From Candidatus Omnitrophota bacterium (GTDB taxonomy: Bacteria; Omnitrophota; Gorgyraeia; B26-G9): a stretch of 64,000 nt of DNA. The stretch is from assembly GCA_043806135.1 (NCBI GenBank), contig JAZDHG010000098.1, positions 1,660 through 65,659 of the forward strand. Reading direction: 5' to 3'. Positions within the stretch are counted from its first letter, which is position 1. Each line of letters starts with the position of its first letter. Shown here piece after piece: positions 11,801-26,800 of this stretch. A program made the translations under genes and the position numbers. Below the pieces are notes generated by a model, which was not told where the DNA came from, ran no database searches, and was given only the letters and a program-made list of their open reading frames with translations.

Positions 11801-14800
11801 ATTGCCGGAAACGATGTACTTGGCGCCGGAGTGCATATGGGAGCTTTCCGCGAGGGATGGGGGAATTTCTGGGAGAATTATTTAAACTTCTTCGGTGTTA
11901 CAGTTGATGCTAAAGCTGTTATTAATACATTGAGTACTTTATTTACTAAAGACGGGAGTAAGGTATTTGAATATACTCCTGAAGTTCCGCAGAGACGTGC
12001 TTTTAGCCTTTACTTCCTTGGGTTCCCGATCATGACGTATTTTGACCTTAAAAACACAGAAGGTTTTATTAACTCTTCAACCTCGTTTGCTTTTGAAATG
12101 GAAAGCAGTAAGAATCCGTTTAATAAAAAATGGTGGAAAGATAAGGTTACCCAATACACAGAAGATGAATTTAAGCAGCTGAAACTGGTTCCGCTTGGCA
12201 AGGTAAAAGCAGAAGGTGAAAACGGACAGCCGATATGGAGAGTTTATTATATCAATGCTGATACCGGCGGGATTGTCTTCTTAGGTGATAAAGGGTACAA
12301 AAGCAAACTCCAGAGGTTAAAAGACGATGTGCAGCTTTTTGATAGATTTATGTCTTTAATCGGCGAAGGCGGCGGACGCATAGAAAAGAAAAGCTATGAC
12401 GCCGGTGCTGTAGTTGAAATAAAAAGAACAACACCATCTCAGCAGCAATCTTCACAACAGCCAATTCCGGATCTAACCGGGAAGATGCTTTCTTTTGCGC
12501 TTAATGTTAGACATCCTTTGACCGGAGTTTCTCCAAGCCATGTTTATGATACAAAGGCCACAGCCAACAATATTAACTGGGCTTTTACTTATGATATGGC
12601 TTTACAGTCTTTAGGGTTTTCCGCAGGGGGGTTGTCCAAAGAGTCGGATGCTTTACTTGATTATTTTGTTCAAAACCGTTGGTTATACCGTTATGAGGAA
12701 AAAGGTAAGTTTAACGGCGGAGTATATAATGCGATAGATATATCTCAACTTCCTACCGACACACAAAAACCCATTGCTGATTTTAGAAATGATGCAGGAA
12801 ACAGCAACTGGGTAGCAGCTGCGCTTATAAAGGGTGCAATGCGCCATGTTAGTGATCCTAATGCATGGCAGGCGGTTCTTGATGAGCAAAGAGAAGACAG
12901 GCAAAAGGCTTCGGCTAATTTCATTAAAACCGGAGATATTAATAAAATTTTTGAAGGCCGCGGGGAAACGCAGTGGCGCTTTTTAGGACTGCGTACTACC
13001 AAGCTAAAAGTTTTTCTTGAATCACTTGATGTGAAAGGAAAACAATATCTTTCTCAGGCAGAAAAAATTGCTGAGTCCCTGATAAGTTTGCAGGATAAAG
13101 ACGGCGGGATCCGTCACGGGCCGACAGAACTTAATATAAAATCAACAGAAGAAAATATAAACGCGTTTGGATTATTTATGATGCTTCATGATGTTACCGG
13201 AGAGAGCAAGTATAAAGACGCGGCTAAAAAAATCCTACAATGGCTGCCAAAAGTTTATGATACAACTCAAGGAATGTTTTTGCGCGGAATGCAAAATAAA
13301 TCAAAAGAGGATCAACCTGCTAAATGGGAAGTTGATCATATTTACGCAACAGATGCTAATGCTTTAGCAATAATCGTAATCGGACCGCAAATATTGGACA
13401 AATTAAAATCTAAAAATGAATATATTTCAGCGGATAAAATTATGGGATCGCTTGCGGACAGAAAGGTAGAACTGCTAACTGAAAGTGGAGACAAAATTTT
13501 AGGCTATGACTATACAGATAAAGTAGGCAGAGGAGACAGGGATGCTGTTATCTCACCGGAAATGACCGCTCATGTGGTTAAAGCGCATAAAGTAATGTCC
13601 AGATATTATGCTGAGCAGGGTGAAGATCTGATTGCAGATATTCATGCAAAACAGGCAGAATCCTTACTTACTAGTATTCAGCAATTAGCCGTTAACTCTT
13701 TACTTGGGATATCATTCCCTGACAGTACTCTGCCTAAAGATGCAATAGGCGGACAGATAAAAAGATATCATGACAGCAACTTTAATACTGTATCTTTAGC
13801 CAGCTTAAATTCTCTTTGGATAGTATTGGCCAAGGAAGATGTAAATCCTTTTGATGTACGCGCAAATGATCAAGTCCCTCTTATGCCTGTTTCAATAAGC
13901 GAGGAAAAAGGTTTTAATGCGGAGATAATAAAGCAGAAAACAACTATCCAGACTCTTTTGATTCGAAAACAGAATGATCCAAAATCTTGGACAGATAATG
14001 ATGAACTTGAATTGAACCAGTCCATTGAAAAGATAAATGAAATGATCCGTGAATATACAAAGGGTGCAATATTCACGGCCACAGAAGAAGATGAAACAAC
14101 ACTTAAAAGGATAATAGAACTTTTAAGTAACAAAGCCAAAGGCATACAATTAACTGATGCTGAAATAAAAGAACTGGAACAAAAGAAAGCGTCTCATCCC
14201 TATTATGAAGGGTGGATACGTCTTAGCGCGCTTTCTGAAAAAAAATTTATAATGAGTAAGTTTGAACAGATAAAACAGCTTCTAACTAAAAAAGCAAAGG
14301 AGATGCAGCTTAAGGAGTTAGGGCAAGAGTTGGATAGACAAACGGGTGTTGAAGAAAAGAAGCGTTTGCAAGAAGAGATCCAGAAACTTAAAGATAAAAT
14401 AGCTATTAGCGAGGAGTTAAAAGATCAAAAGTTTGTAGTATTAATCAATGAAACTATAGATGGCTACTTCGGTAAAGGAGAAGAAAAATCCGTAGAAAGA
14501 GAATCAACAAGAAATAGATTTTTTGGTAAACTTTCTAATACCCCAGCTGAAGATGTTGTTGTAGGTCTGATAGAAAAATTGTATGGCAAAAACAGGCTTC
14601 TCAGTGAAGATATTTTTAAGGGTGTTTATCAGTATTTCAATGCTGAAGATAACAGCGTGGTCACCGTTACCTTAATCGCTCCTGCACAGGCTATTGAAGT
14701 TGAAAGAATAAAAAGAGAAAAAGAACAGGAAACAGCAGCGAAACAGTATAAATTACTTGATGAAGGCGGAGTTATTATTACTGATAAATCAACGGGAAGA

Positions 14801-17800
14801 CTTATAGAGATAAGAGTTGGAGACAAACAAAAGGGAGTTGATGTATTAGGAGATTTTCTGGGTAGGATAAAGAATATGGTGGCTGCTGATGAAATCAATG
14901 CTGCTCAGATGCAGAAGATTATGCGCGATAGATGGGTTTTTACAATTCCAAAAACAAGTTCACAGGCTGTTGATATAAATGGGCAGAAGCAAGATCAAGA
15001 TATAACTGTTACTTTGGTTTTCCCGTATCATAGCGAATATGTGAGGGAAGAGACAAATTTAAGAACCGGAGAATCTGAACTTCGTATTTTTAATTACGGA
15101 TTACTTGATCGTGTAATTACCCGCGATAAGATTACAGTAATGAAATATAATGATCTTGATGTTGAAATTTCAAGCGATGTCTATGTGAATGAAACCGGCG
15201 AGATTATAAAAGATGCAAAGGAAGGAAGCTACTTACAGAAAACAGAAACTGTAGCTTTTGATACAAAGGATGTTGATCCTGTTTCTAAAGCGGTGAGCCC
15301 GGTGGTTATCAAAAAAGTCACAGACCCTGCTTCCCATGCGGTTAAATATGAAGTGTATAAGGATTATGAATTGCCGGTCATGACCTTTAGCGAAAAATAT
15401 GTTACGATTATTGAATTTGATGAATGGGGCAGAGAAAAAACAAGCAGAACTTATGTTAATACCGGATCGCTGGATAAACCGCGCTGGGGCAAACAACCTG
15501 TGCTTAGTTCAGAAGTTTTACCGCTTGTGGGTGAATTGGACGTAAAGGGCCGTCCGGCTACCTGGGATAAGAATTCAAAATGGTCAAGCAAGCTGGTAAT
15601 TGATCATGAAAGGAATAAACATTTTGTTGAAGTAAGGGATCAATACGGACGTCTTATCAAAAAGTATGACGGAAAAATGGAAGAAAAGCCAGGTGCCGAG
15701 CAGAACAAACTGCAGGTAATTCCTTACGGAGCGAATCAACCTTTTGAAATAGATGCCAGAGACCCGCAAGGCAGGCGCTTTGTAGTTGAGAAAGAAACAT
15801 CATTTTATCATAAATATGAGGAGCGCTTTGCTGCTCTTGGTGTTGATGCGTCTGTTATGAACCTATTAGGACTGCAGGGCACGGCTATGGTTGGGGAAAC
15901 TTATCTTTATGAGTTTAACCCGAAAACCGGACAAGGTAAAAGGGTAAGTGAAGATCCTGTCGGCAGGTCTGTGGCTCAAGTGCAGCGGCCTCAAAAAACA
16001 GGCATAGAAAAATACTTTGATGATCAAGGTAATGTTTTACTGCAGATGTCCGCACCAAGACAAAAACTTGTCTGGCAGCAGGTGATTGACAACCAGGGAA
16101 GAAAAGTTACGGATTATTATGGTTATTTGGTCGATGCTCAGGGTAGAAGAGTAACGGATATCTCAAAATATAAAGGTGATATTGATAAACTGAGATTTGT
16201 CAGGGAAAAGGTCTCTTACTCGATATATACGATAGGACAATTAAATGTTTTAAGAAAACAATACCCGAAACTCTACGATGAACTTAAAACAGAGCTCAAA
16301 AATTTGAATGTGGATATAGAATCAGAGCAATTCTTAAAAGATCTAATCTCTCAGGGGAAAATTGATGTTGCCTTAATGGGAGTAACATTTTCCTATGATG
16401 ATAAGACAAAAGCCCCTATTGAACTGGCAGCATTTTCCACAGTGCAGAAAAATGAGAAAAACAAATATATAAGTGACGGCGGAGAAGTTTTAGTTATCAG
16501 CAAAGATACACAGAAAAAGGAAGCTACTCAGCAGATAATCGATAGCGAGGGAAGAATTAAACTCAAGTACAACGGGAGATTTGACAGCAAAGCAAAACGT
16601 TTTATCAGGGAAAAGATAACCAAGTTTTTCTATACATATGAGGATCGTTTTGCCGGTGAATATTTCATTAATCCTGAGTTTGCCCGTGATATGAAAATCC
16701 TTGGCCTTTACGGCGTGGCCATGGTTGGAGAAACATTTACTTATGACGATACAACAGGCCGGCAGAGCAAAGAGCCTATTGCGTATTCTTTCTTGAGAAC
16801 ATTTAAAGACGGCAATTATGTTGACAATGAGGGTAATATCCTTGTTCAGATGACTAATGCCAACCAGCATATGAGCCGCCAGGATGTTATTAATAATCAG
16901 GGGCATACAATTATCCGGTATCTAGGAAAACTAATTGACCCCGAGACAAAGGAATTTGAAAAAGCCCAGTCATCGCGTTTTTTCTACAGCACGCAGCAGC
17001 TTGAGGAATTCAGCCAGAACGAGAAAACAAAAGGGCTTTATACTCAACTGATCAAAGAGTACGCGGCATTAGGCTGGGATATAGAAAGTCCTGCATTTAA
17101 AGCAGATCTTAATCGATATGGTAAATTCGGTGTTGCCCTTATCGGAGCAACCTATATCTATGATCAGGAGAATGATAAAGAAGTTGCTTTAATGTCTGTA
17201 TCTCGTATTAAGAAAAATGAACAAGGTGCACATATTGATGCTCAGGGTAATGTTCTTGTTGAGATGAAGAATATCATTAACAACCTGCATTGGCAGGAGT
17301 TAATTGACAATTCAGGCCGGATACAGGTTAAATATGACGGTGTTGTAATAGATGGCCAGTTTATTAGAAATCAAAAGACTTATTATTTTTATGATTACGC
17401 CAGTTATGATGCCTACCGCAAGGCACATCCTGAACTTAAGGCTGAGCTTGATGCATGGGAAGAAAAACTGACAAAACTTAAGAAAGTTAATGTTCAGGGA
17501 ATAATGGATGAACTTGGCCGCCGCAATATCGCTTTGTTTGGATTTACTTACCTTTATGATGAAGCGAATGCTGTAGCAGAAGATGTCATTAAAGAGTTGG
17601 GTTTGAATTCAGATAATAAAGAGCTTCTAAATGATATAAAAAATGAAGTATTTGCTATTGCCCAACCTGATAAGCAAAAGTCTCAGCTGGCTGTCAAAAA
17701 ATTAACTGAATTATTGGGTTCCAAATATAATTTTATAATTACAGATCAAAAGCTTGAGGGTATTGTAAAGGATAGCAGACTTAAATTAGCTGCATCTACT

Positions 17801-20800
17801 AAATATTCGCAAGTTGCTGATACAGAGGCTCTTGCTTTTTCATCTTTGAATGTAATGCAGGGAGACGGAACTGATGTTAAGGATTATTTCAGTGAAAAAG
17901 AGGGTGAAAAAGGCAATATATCGGTACAAAATGTTCGCCTAAAACAGCAGCTTACCTGGGAGGAAATAAAGGACAATTTCGGCCGTCCGGTCAAGGTATA
18001 TGACTATCAGCTTGGCAAGGACAAGAAATATCATCCCATAAAAGTCTCAAACTATTACTATGTCTATCAGGATAGGTTCAGCAAATTAGGTGTAACTGAG
18101 AGAGCAATGAATGAGATGGGCAGGCTTGGATTTGCCATGGTAGGTGAAACTTATCTGCTTAAACGAGACTCAAAAGAAGCGTTGGTATCTGTGTCTGTAA
18201 TGGTACCGCATAAAAACACAACGGGAAGTAAGTTCAACGATTATTTTAATAAAAGAGGCGAAATGATCATCGAGCTTGATAATCAGAGAACGCATCTTGT
18301 CTGGAGGGAAGTGAAGGACGCTCACGGACGCGTTCTTGTGTCCATAGACGGCAATAAAGAGAACGGTATCTTCAAGCCTCAGAAAGCAACAAGATTTTAT
18401 TATGATTTTGAAAAAAGAGTATTTGATTCTATTGCTACTAAGATGGAAAAAGACTGGGCAAAACTTGGCATAACAAAAGATAAGATGGGTGTTGAGATGC
18501 TCAATGCTATGTCGCGCCTGGGTAAATTTGATATAGCTACTTTAGGCAGTACTTATTTATATGATGGCCGTTATGAATACGGCATTAATCCTGATCTTGA
18601 TCAGCTGAATGAGAGTGAAAACAGACTGTTAGCTGTATCAATATTGGGAAAATTTGAAAAAAATGAATACGAAAAAAATGTTCCGGCTGGAGAAACAGAT
18701 TATATCAATGATGCCGGATATGTTAAAGCCATGATCTATGATGCCAAGACCAAGCTGCTTTGGGTAGGGCTTAAGGATAATAAAGGTGATATACGCGTTA
18801 AATATGCCGGTTATGAATACATGAACCCTCAGACAAAGCAGGATGAATTTAAATGGGTATGGGTTTCCAGAATAAATTATAATTGGCCTGATGAACTGGA
18901 AAACCTTGGCGCTTTAGGTATTGCTTATGATTCCAAGACATATTTTTATTATGACCCTCCTGCAGGGAAAAAGATAGAACGAGTTGATTTTCATAAGCTT
19001 GCTCCTGAAATCACGGAACTCGTGATTAGAAACGGGAAAAATGATCTGGAGGATATTTTAAAGAAGAAACTGGCTCCTTATGTGCAGGGTAAACATCACG
19101 CAAGAAAAATAATCAAAGAGATACAGGATCTTCCAAAAATCGATGATAATCAGGCAAAGAGCAATGCGATCATGGATATACTTGTCAAATATTTCTCTCA
19201 TAATATTAATTATGAATTCGGTGAAGGTGATTATCTGGTTACTGAATCCCAGATAGTACCTTTTAATTATGACCCCAATGATCCTAAAAAGAAATTAGAA
19301 TTTATAGATAAAAAAGGCAATGTTATCTTCCATATGCATCAGGTAAAAAGAAATCTTGATTATCAGGAAGTAAAAGATAATAAAGGCAGAATAATTATCC
19401 TGTTTGACGGTGATTTGGAGCCGGGGAAGAAGTTTGATTTAAGATATCAGGTATTTAACCGGAATATAATGTCTTTTTCCTATTTTGAAGATAATGATCT
19501 TGATGCAGTTGGGATTTCAAACAGAGGAGAAGCTTTCTTCTCCCGTACAAATGAAGAAACCCTGCAGGGGCTGTCTTTAACGACATTGGAAAAGGCAAAG
19601 GCTGCTTTCAGGGTATACAGAGGGACTTTAAGAGGTGACCAGCTTCTGAAATTTGATCAGGCAGTAAAGAAAGCCGGCGGTGAAGATGCTGTGGCGGCTA
19701 AGTTTCATAAAGCGGTTTTAACCATTCTCAAGTCAAATTACAGCGAGCCTAAAAATATACTTCGATTTATATCTCCTGCAGATATTGCGGAAAATATTTT
19801 TATACAGAGAAATAGTTATAATCTTGATGATTTTCTGGAAATGCATCTTGCCGGTATGTGCAGCGGATTGTTTGAAGATAAAGTCAGCAGATCATGGCTT
19901 GTAGAGATTGACAAAGAATTCTTCTGGGATACAAGCAGTGAACAAAACAAAAAGAAATGGCTTACAAGAAACGGAAATGATAAATCTGCGGCAAAAGAAG
20001 CATTGTTTAAATATATGAAATGGGATAGGCTTACTAACGATGTAAAACAACAATGGCTTGCAAGATACGAAAATAATGAAGCTCGGGCAAAGGAAGCTTT
20101 TTATAAAGATAATCTTACTTCTATAGACAGGTACATCAATGCTGAAGGAAGCATACAATACGAAGGAGAGGAGCACTGGAGATCAGACATTACCAAAGAC
20201 GGCCGGCCTATGAGCACAAAAGCAGATGTGCATTACCGCAAGATAAAAGATAAGCTCGGGCGGGTTATGAATCATATCTGGGGGTACTGGGATAAGCAAA
20301 GCGATTTTCGGGGCATAATGCAGCTTAGGGCCAGATTCGACACCTTATACGGTAAATTCGGTATTGCTGATGTTACAACTGCTTTTTTAACGGAACAGGG
20401 ATGGACATTGTTTAACTACTCAAAAGCGGTCAATCTTGAATACGAGACAGGTGCTGTAGACTATGCGGTTGTTAAAACCCTTGTTCCTGAGGACAAAAAA
20501 GAGGCGTTGAAGATGGATGAATCAAGAGCTGCTCCGCTTGAGAAGAAGTTTGAAGATTCATGGGTATTATTCCGTTTACCGAAGCCGCGTGCGGAATTAA
20601 TACGTGAATTAATAAACATAAGGCCAAGTACGGCGCAAGGAGATATAGCAGATAAAATCATTGATAAGATGATCAAAGATAAATATTACAAAGAAGGCTT
20701 TACAGACGAAGAAGATGTTGTTGCTTTTTTTGAAAAAGAAGGTATTAAGCTGGATTTTAAAACAGATAGTGAGTTTATTTCTAGGCTTTACAGAGGATTG

Positions 20801-23800
20801 CAGCACCGCACCGCAACAATCGCTGTCGCGCCGAAAGGCGATGCCGCTGAGCGTCCGAAAGTAATTCAGATGTGGATGGAAATAAAGAACAAAAAGGGAG
20901 AGCTTGAAATAATATTCAACGGCTATGTTGACCGCATTTCTGAAGCAGGTAAAAAAGGACAGATAAAGCAGATAGAGCTTGAAAAAACATATGTTACTTT
21001 TCTTGAATATCTGGAAAAGAAAAATATGGGTTTATCGCAAAGAAGTTCGACTTTTGATTTTAACCCAAATTTCATGAAAAACGGCCAGTCTACGGAAAAG
21101 ATGCTTAAGCAGTTTAAAGCAAAAATCTCCCTGCGTGCCTCTACAGACCAGCTGATATTACTGCCTGATGGGACGATGGTCTATGACATGAAAGATACGA
21201 GCAAAGATAAGCTGGCGCTGGTAAGAACTCTTTATTATCCGGACGGAAGAATTAAATTCCAGATATCCAAGAAAATGATGGGTGAAGACCCGCGCTGGAG
21301 AATTGATGTTTTTGATGAGCGCCAGAACCTGGTAGCAACACTGCGCGATGATACATCGCGTACGCCTGAAGAGGTGATTAGCAACCTCGGTAATATTGAA
21401 AACTGGCGGCCTTATGAGATACATCACTCTGTACATACTGAATATGCGCATACATTTGTGCTTACAGATATGGTAGGAGAGACCGGCATTTCCACATTTG
21501 CAGGACAGAAAGCGCTGCTGTTAAGCAACGGCAAGCCTTTGATTAAAGGTACAAATATCCATCAAAATATCGGACTATCGCAAAAAGAGCATTTTTCAGA
21601 TAAAGCGGTGCCTTACGAAGAAACAAAATATATTAATCGCCAGTTATGGTGGCTTTATTTTGATAAATTCCAAAATAATTTTATTAATCAGGTGGGTAAT
21701 ATTGGAAAACACCAGTTGGAGCGTTTTAATATCAAGCTGACCAGTGAGCGGTTTAGAGATGAACAATTGTTTGCGGATTTGCTGCAGGAGGCAAACGCGC
21801 AAAAAGCTAAGGATGATATTCAGCAGGGGGCCGCGGTTAAAGTAAGCTATTTGAAAGACGGACAGATGCAGGAAGTGGAGATCGCGCCGCGCGGATTAGG
21901 GTTTAAAATTAAAAAGATTTTTGACTATAAAATTCAGGTGCCTTTTACCGGATGGTATGTATTCTGGTGGACAATGCCGCTGGCTTTAGGAATTTATCTC
22001 TTAGGCGCAAACCGCATTACAAGCTGGTGGTGGGGAAGAAAAGCGCGCAAAGCAAAGGAAAAAGGCAGGAATAATATCAACCGCATGTGCGAAGATGAAA
22101 TAAAGGATCTCCTGCTGCCTGATAAGAAAAATGCGAAAGAGCTGGAAAAAACTGATGCCGTGAATATAGCAAGTCAAATTGTAGATCGCAGAAGGCGAGT
22201 AAAGAGCTTTATGGATGAAGCTGAAGTAGAAGAGTTCTTAGGTAAATTAGGTGTAACTGCTGAAACTATATCCAGGATCATGGATAATATTGTAGTTGCA
22301 GATATTATTCCCGACTTCTATAATGACGCGAATTTAAGATTGCAGCAAGTTAACAGGATGAATGAACAGGAACTGGCCAAATTACTGATGCAGGCAGGAG
22401 TTGAGAAAGAAACAGCGCTGAATGCATCCGAAGCCTTTGTCAAAGAACTGGCAGATAAAAAACCATTTATCAAAGCACTTGGTCAAAACGGATTTGAAAC
22501 TCTGGATCAGGTTAAGGCATTTTTAAGAGACCATGGCATTGCGTATAAGATTTTGAATACTATCTTCGGCTCAGGCGATCTTTTACGCGCACCGCCGCGT
22601 TCAGCGCAGTCAAGGCAGCAGGTAATCGATGAACTGCAGGAAATCCTTGCTGCTGCGGATATTAGCTTGGATGAATTAAACAAAGTATTAAGTGAAAAAC
22701 TCCCTGATCCAAAAGATTCTTTTGACTCTACCCTTACCCCGCCGATCGCGTTAATCGTGAAAAACCTTCTGGATGAAGAAGGCCTTGGTTTATTAACAAG
22801 AGAGCAATTTAAAGAAGTAATTAACGAGCTTATCGAAAAACTGCGTAATAACAAAAGAATCCCTTCTGCTATTGACTACTATGTCATAGAAGAATGCATA
22901 GACAAGGCCTTTAGTCCGATAGTAAAGCAGTATTTAATGGATTTAGACCCTAATAATGAACTTGAAGGTGAATACGAGCGGTTGATAAAAATGCGCTTAA
23001 GTGAAGTTCTTTCTGTAATGATAAAAAATCCTTATGGCATAAGAAAAAAAGAAAGTGGCACATACAAAGGAGAATATGAAATAGAAGAACCTGAAATGAT
23101 AGGATTGGATAAAGATAATGCTCTTAAAAAAGAAGCATTTGATGGAGAACCTGCTCCGTTTACATTGCGCTTTCAGGCATGGCAAAGTGTTTTCTTGCTG
23201 CCATATTATCCTTATAAGTTAGGATCAGCCTTGGCATCGCGTTCTACTTTAACCCGCTATTTGTTCCGTAAATCATTTGCTTTATATATGGATAAAAGAG
23301 CTAATGAGATATTACCTTTAATGAGATTACATGTTCAATTATGGAGAGCCATTATAGTTGATCAGATACAGGGCAAGCTGGAGCCTTATCGTAGAAATAA
23401 TATAGGGATAAATGAAAGGCTTATCGATGACCCTACGATATTATTTGGACAAGAAGATATGGACGATTTGTTCCGTTATTATGAAGACCCTATAAATGAA
23501 CTTAATATTAATTTAAGTCAGGAAGTCGGTAATATCAAAAATCAGCCTGATGAGAAAACTGCTTCTGATTATATACAGAAGCTTGTTGATAGCAAGCTTA
23601 AACCTGCTGTAGACAAAGCGTTAAACGAACACGAATCATTTATTGGTACTTACAGATTAGGCTGGCTGGCTTTCTGGCATGAACTCATGACTCCTTTTAG
23701 AGCGCTGTATAGCAAATGGACCGGTAAAGAACAGCGTTTTTGGACTGAAGGTACGGAAAAAGGGCCGGCAGGGTTAAAAAGCAAAAAAGGCAAACGTTTC

Positions 23801-26800
23801 TGGCAACAGACTATGATAGTTACGGCATTTTTCAATTTTATTATGGGATATATTGTGATCGAATATGCCATCGCCTGGGGTATTGCCTTAGGATTTCCTT
23901 TAGGGCTTGTGTTTATATTCTCAGTGCTGCCGTTCCTGATTTTCATGCCGCTGACATATTTTTCCATTAAGGAAATGGGTGTGACATTTGTATCCTGGTT
24001 GACGGAAAGAAGGCAAAAAATAGCTCCTATAAACAACTGGGTTTGGGGCTGGAGCCGGTCACGACTTAAAAACCATCTTGATAAGATATTCATAGATACA
24101 AATGGTGAGCTTAAAATAGAAGATTATTCCGGTAAAACCAGAGTTCAGGTATGGAATGAAGGAGTTGAACATTTATTTGAAATCGCAAAGATTTCTGAGA
24201 CTGAACGCAATGACTATTTGTTTGGGCTTGAGGATATGATTAATGCTGCTTCAGTGAGAAGCAAATTGAATAGAATGAAGCTTGCTAAGCCAAAGAATAA
24301 AGAAGCTAGGCAGCGTTTACGCAGATGGATTGCCGGATATTTGCGTTATAAACCCGGCATAGAAGGTTTTGAACGTTTGCCTACATTCAGCATTTTTATT
24401 CTTAACGGCGGTGGAGATGAAGCGTATTATTTCTTTGCTGATGATTTGCTTAAGCGAAGAGTTGAAAAAGGTGTAATAGAAGATACTACGCATTTGCAGT
24501 ATCTCAAAAACCGGTATGATGATGAGTTTGATAATTTGATGCATTTAATAGATACAAAATGGAACGTATTAAAGAGTTTATTAGATAAAAATGATGCAAA
24601 AGTTATCAGCGAATTTGTTGAGAGTATTCGGGATTTGAGTTTTGGCCAGGAAATTGATGTTACGCAAATTAGAGCAAAACTTACAGACCAAGAGTCCATT
24701 AATGAATTTGACAGCCTGGTTGAGATGATTGAGGATTGGGCAAATTACAGATTGTCTACAACCTGGCGCTGGACACAGTCTCATAAGTATATGAGACAAA
24801 GATATTATGAATATATTGAGAATTATTATCAGAATGAATTATTTAAAATTCTGAAAATGGAAAGAGATGGGAAAGAGTTAACAGAAGAAGAAGCAAAAAC
24901 GATTGCCGGAATGACGCAGGATCAGAAAGTGGAATATTATGAGAAAATTGCTGCTGAATATACCCGCCTGGTTGACTTAAAATATCAGTTTATCAACTCT
25001 GAGAGTGCTACTAAAGCGCAGAATAACCCTAATTTCCTGAGAATTAATTTTGATACAATGACAGAAGAAGATCTTAAGAGCTTGGATATCGGCAATGCAA
25101 AGCAGAAAAGGATCCTGATTGATTATAAAAAGTATAAAGCGGAATATATAAAATATTATATGCCAAGTAAACCTGATGGAAAGCAGATCAATCCGAATAT
25201 TATAGGTAAGCAAGGTGATCAAATCCGTTTTTCAAAATACGGCCAGGCAAGTTTTTCATCTCCTTATGTGCGCGGTGAGATTGTCTGGGGTATGGATACG
25301 CATCTTGAAATAGATTACGAAGAGACCCCCAATATGCTCCGCACACTTACAGAGTTTAATAGAAATCCAAAACTGGGTGTTGTTTTAAGCACTATTACAA
25401 TTTTTGTTGAAAAGTTAAATGCTATCGGTCGGGCTATGGCACTTGCTGAGCAGGCATGGCAGAGCTCAGTAATGAGAGCTAAAGAAACAGTGGATGTTCT
25501 TGGCTATTATGGAAAGGGAATTTACCGCAATGATTTCATGAATAAATATGAAGGGTTGCAGGATGATTATGTATCTGAAGATATTGTTACTGCTTTTATG
25601 TTTATGCTTTTTGGTTTGATGACTAAGCATGTCAGCTATCTGAAACTGCAATGGAGAATGCCGCCGCCGCTTAAAAGTATTATTGTTCCGCTTGCCAAGT
25701 GGGCAGCTGGAAGCGTGGAATTTCTCTTAAGACGCCAGTTCAAGCGTGTGCTTGCAAGCAGAATAATTCCATGGAATGAAAAATTTGGGACGATGGTTTC
25801 AGCGGCGCATTACTGGAAAAAACCGTTTGTAATCCTAGGGGTTATATCTTTTACAGTAGTTGGTCTTATCATGACCGGGCTTTTAATGCCGGTTAACCCG
25901 TTCTTGTCATTATCGTTTCCTCTTTTCTGGATTGTTATGGGTGCATTCTTTGCCGAGGCAATAAACTTGCCGTCCTTTTGGTCTCATTCAGAAAGGGAAG
26001 GAAGTTACTTGAAGGGTGTTGGGGCAACATTATGGGGCATTGCAACGAACTTTGTATTTTTTAATATGCTTATACCGTTATATGTTATTAAAGGCATAAA
26101 CGAAGGCGTCTGGGCGCGTCCGGTATTTTTGCCCACAGATAAAGAGCTCAAACTTGAAAAGCCGTTAAAAGCTACTTATGAATATTTCCGAAAAGAATTC
26201 GGCAGCTGGCCGGCCAAAATAGCAGCGGTATTACTGCCGATTACAATGCTTGTGGTTCCGGTAACTGTGATGCTTTTAGGCACATGGTTCCTGTATTTCT
26301 TTGCTTTGGGTGCCTGGGTATTCAGTCCGTATATATTGAGCTTTGCTATCAGAAGCAAGATACTTACAGTTTTCAATAAATACATAAAGGAAAAATTTGC
26401 TAAAAAGGCTATAGATCAAAAGAGAAAGAGCTTTGCACAGGTTTGGACGGAAAACTTCAGACAGGATATGTTTGATCAGAATATTTTCAGAGGAGTGTTC
26501 TCAGGTATAGGTAATCTTTATATCAGACCTGCTTGGAGAGGAATACATGAACGCTTATTTAAAAAAGGCAGTTGGTTTGATAGACACTTTTATGTTGTCC
26601 CTTCGACTATTCTTAGCTTAGTAGCTTCCGGGCATATTATTGCTATGCTGTGTGCACCGGCAATCTCAGTTTTAACAACTCCGTTTATTATATTGTTTCT
26701 CCTGTATTTCCCGTTGCGTTTACTTTTTACTCCAAAATATGATGAAACAACCTTTACACTTAAAGAGCAGTGGAAAGAAGCTGGTATAAATTTTAAACCT

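Noticed and set aside
15600-19560. Calling the tandem repeats bona fide Rhs/YD repeats
   Set aside because: Only the short xYDxxGR-like element resembles YD repeats. The period (~120 aa) and the additional conserved LG..AMVGETYxYD element do not match the ~20-aa YD repeat. Left as an uncharacterised repeat family.
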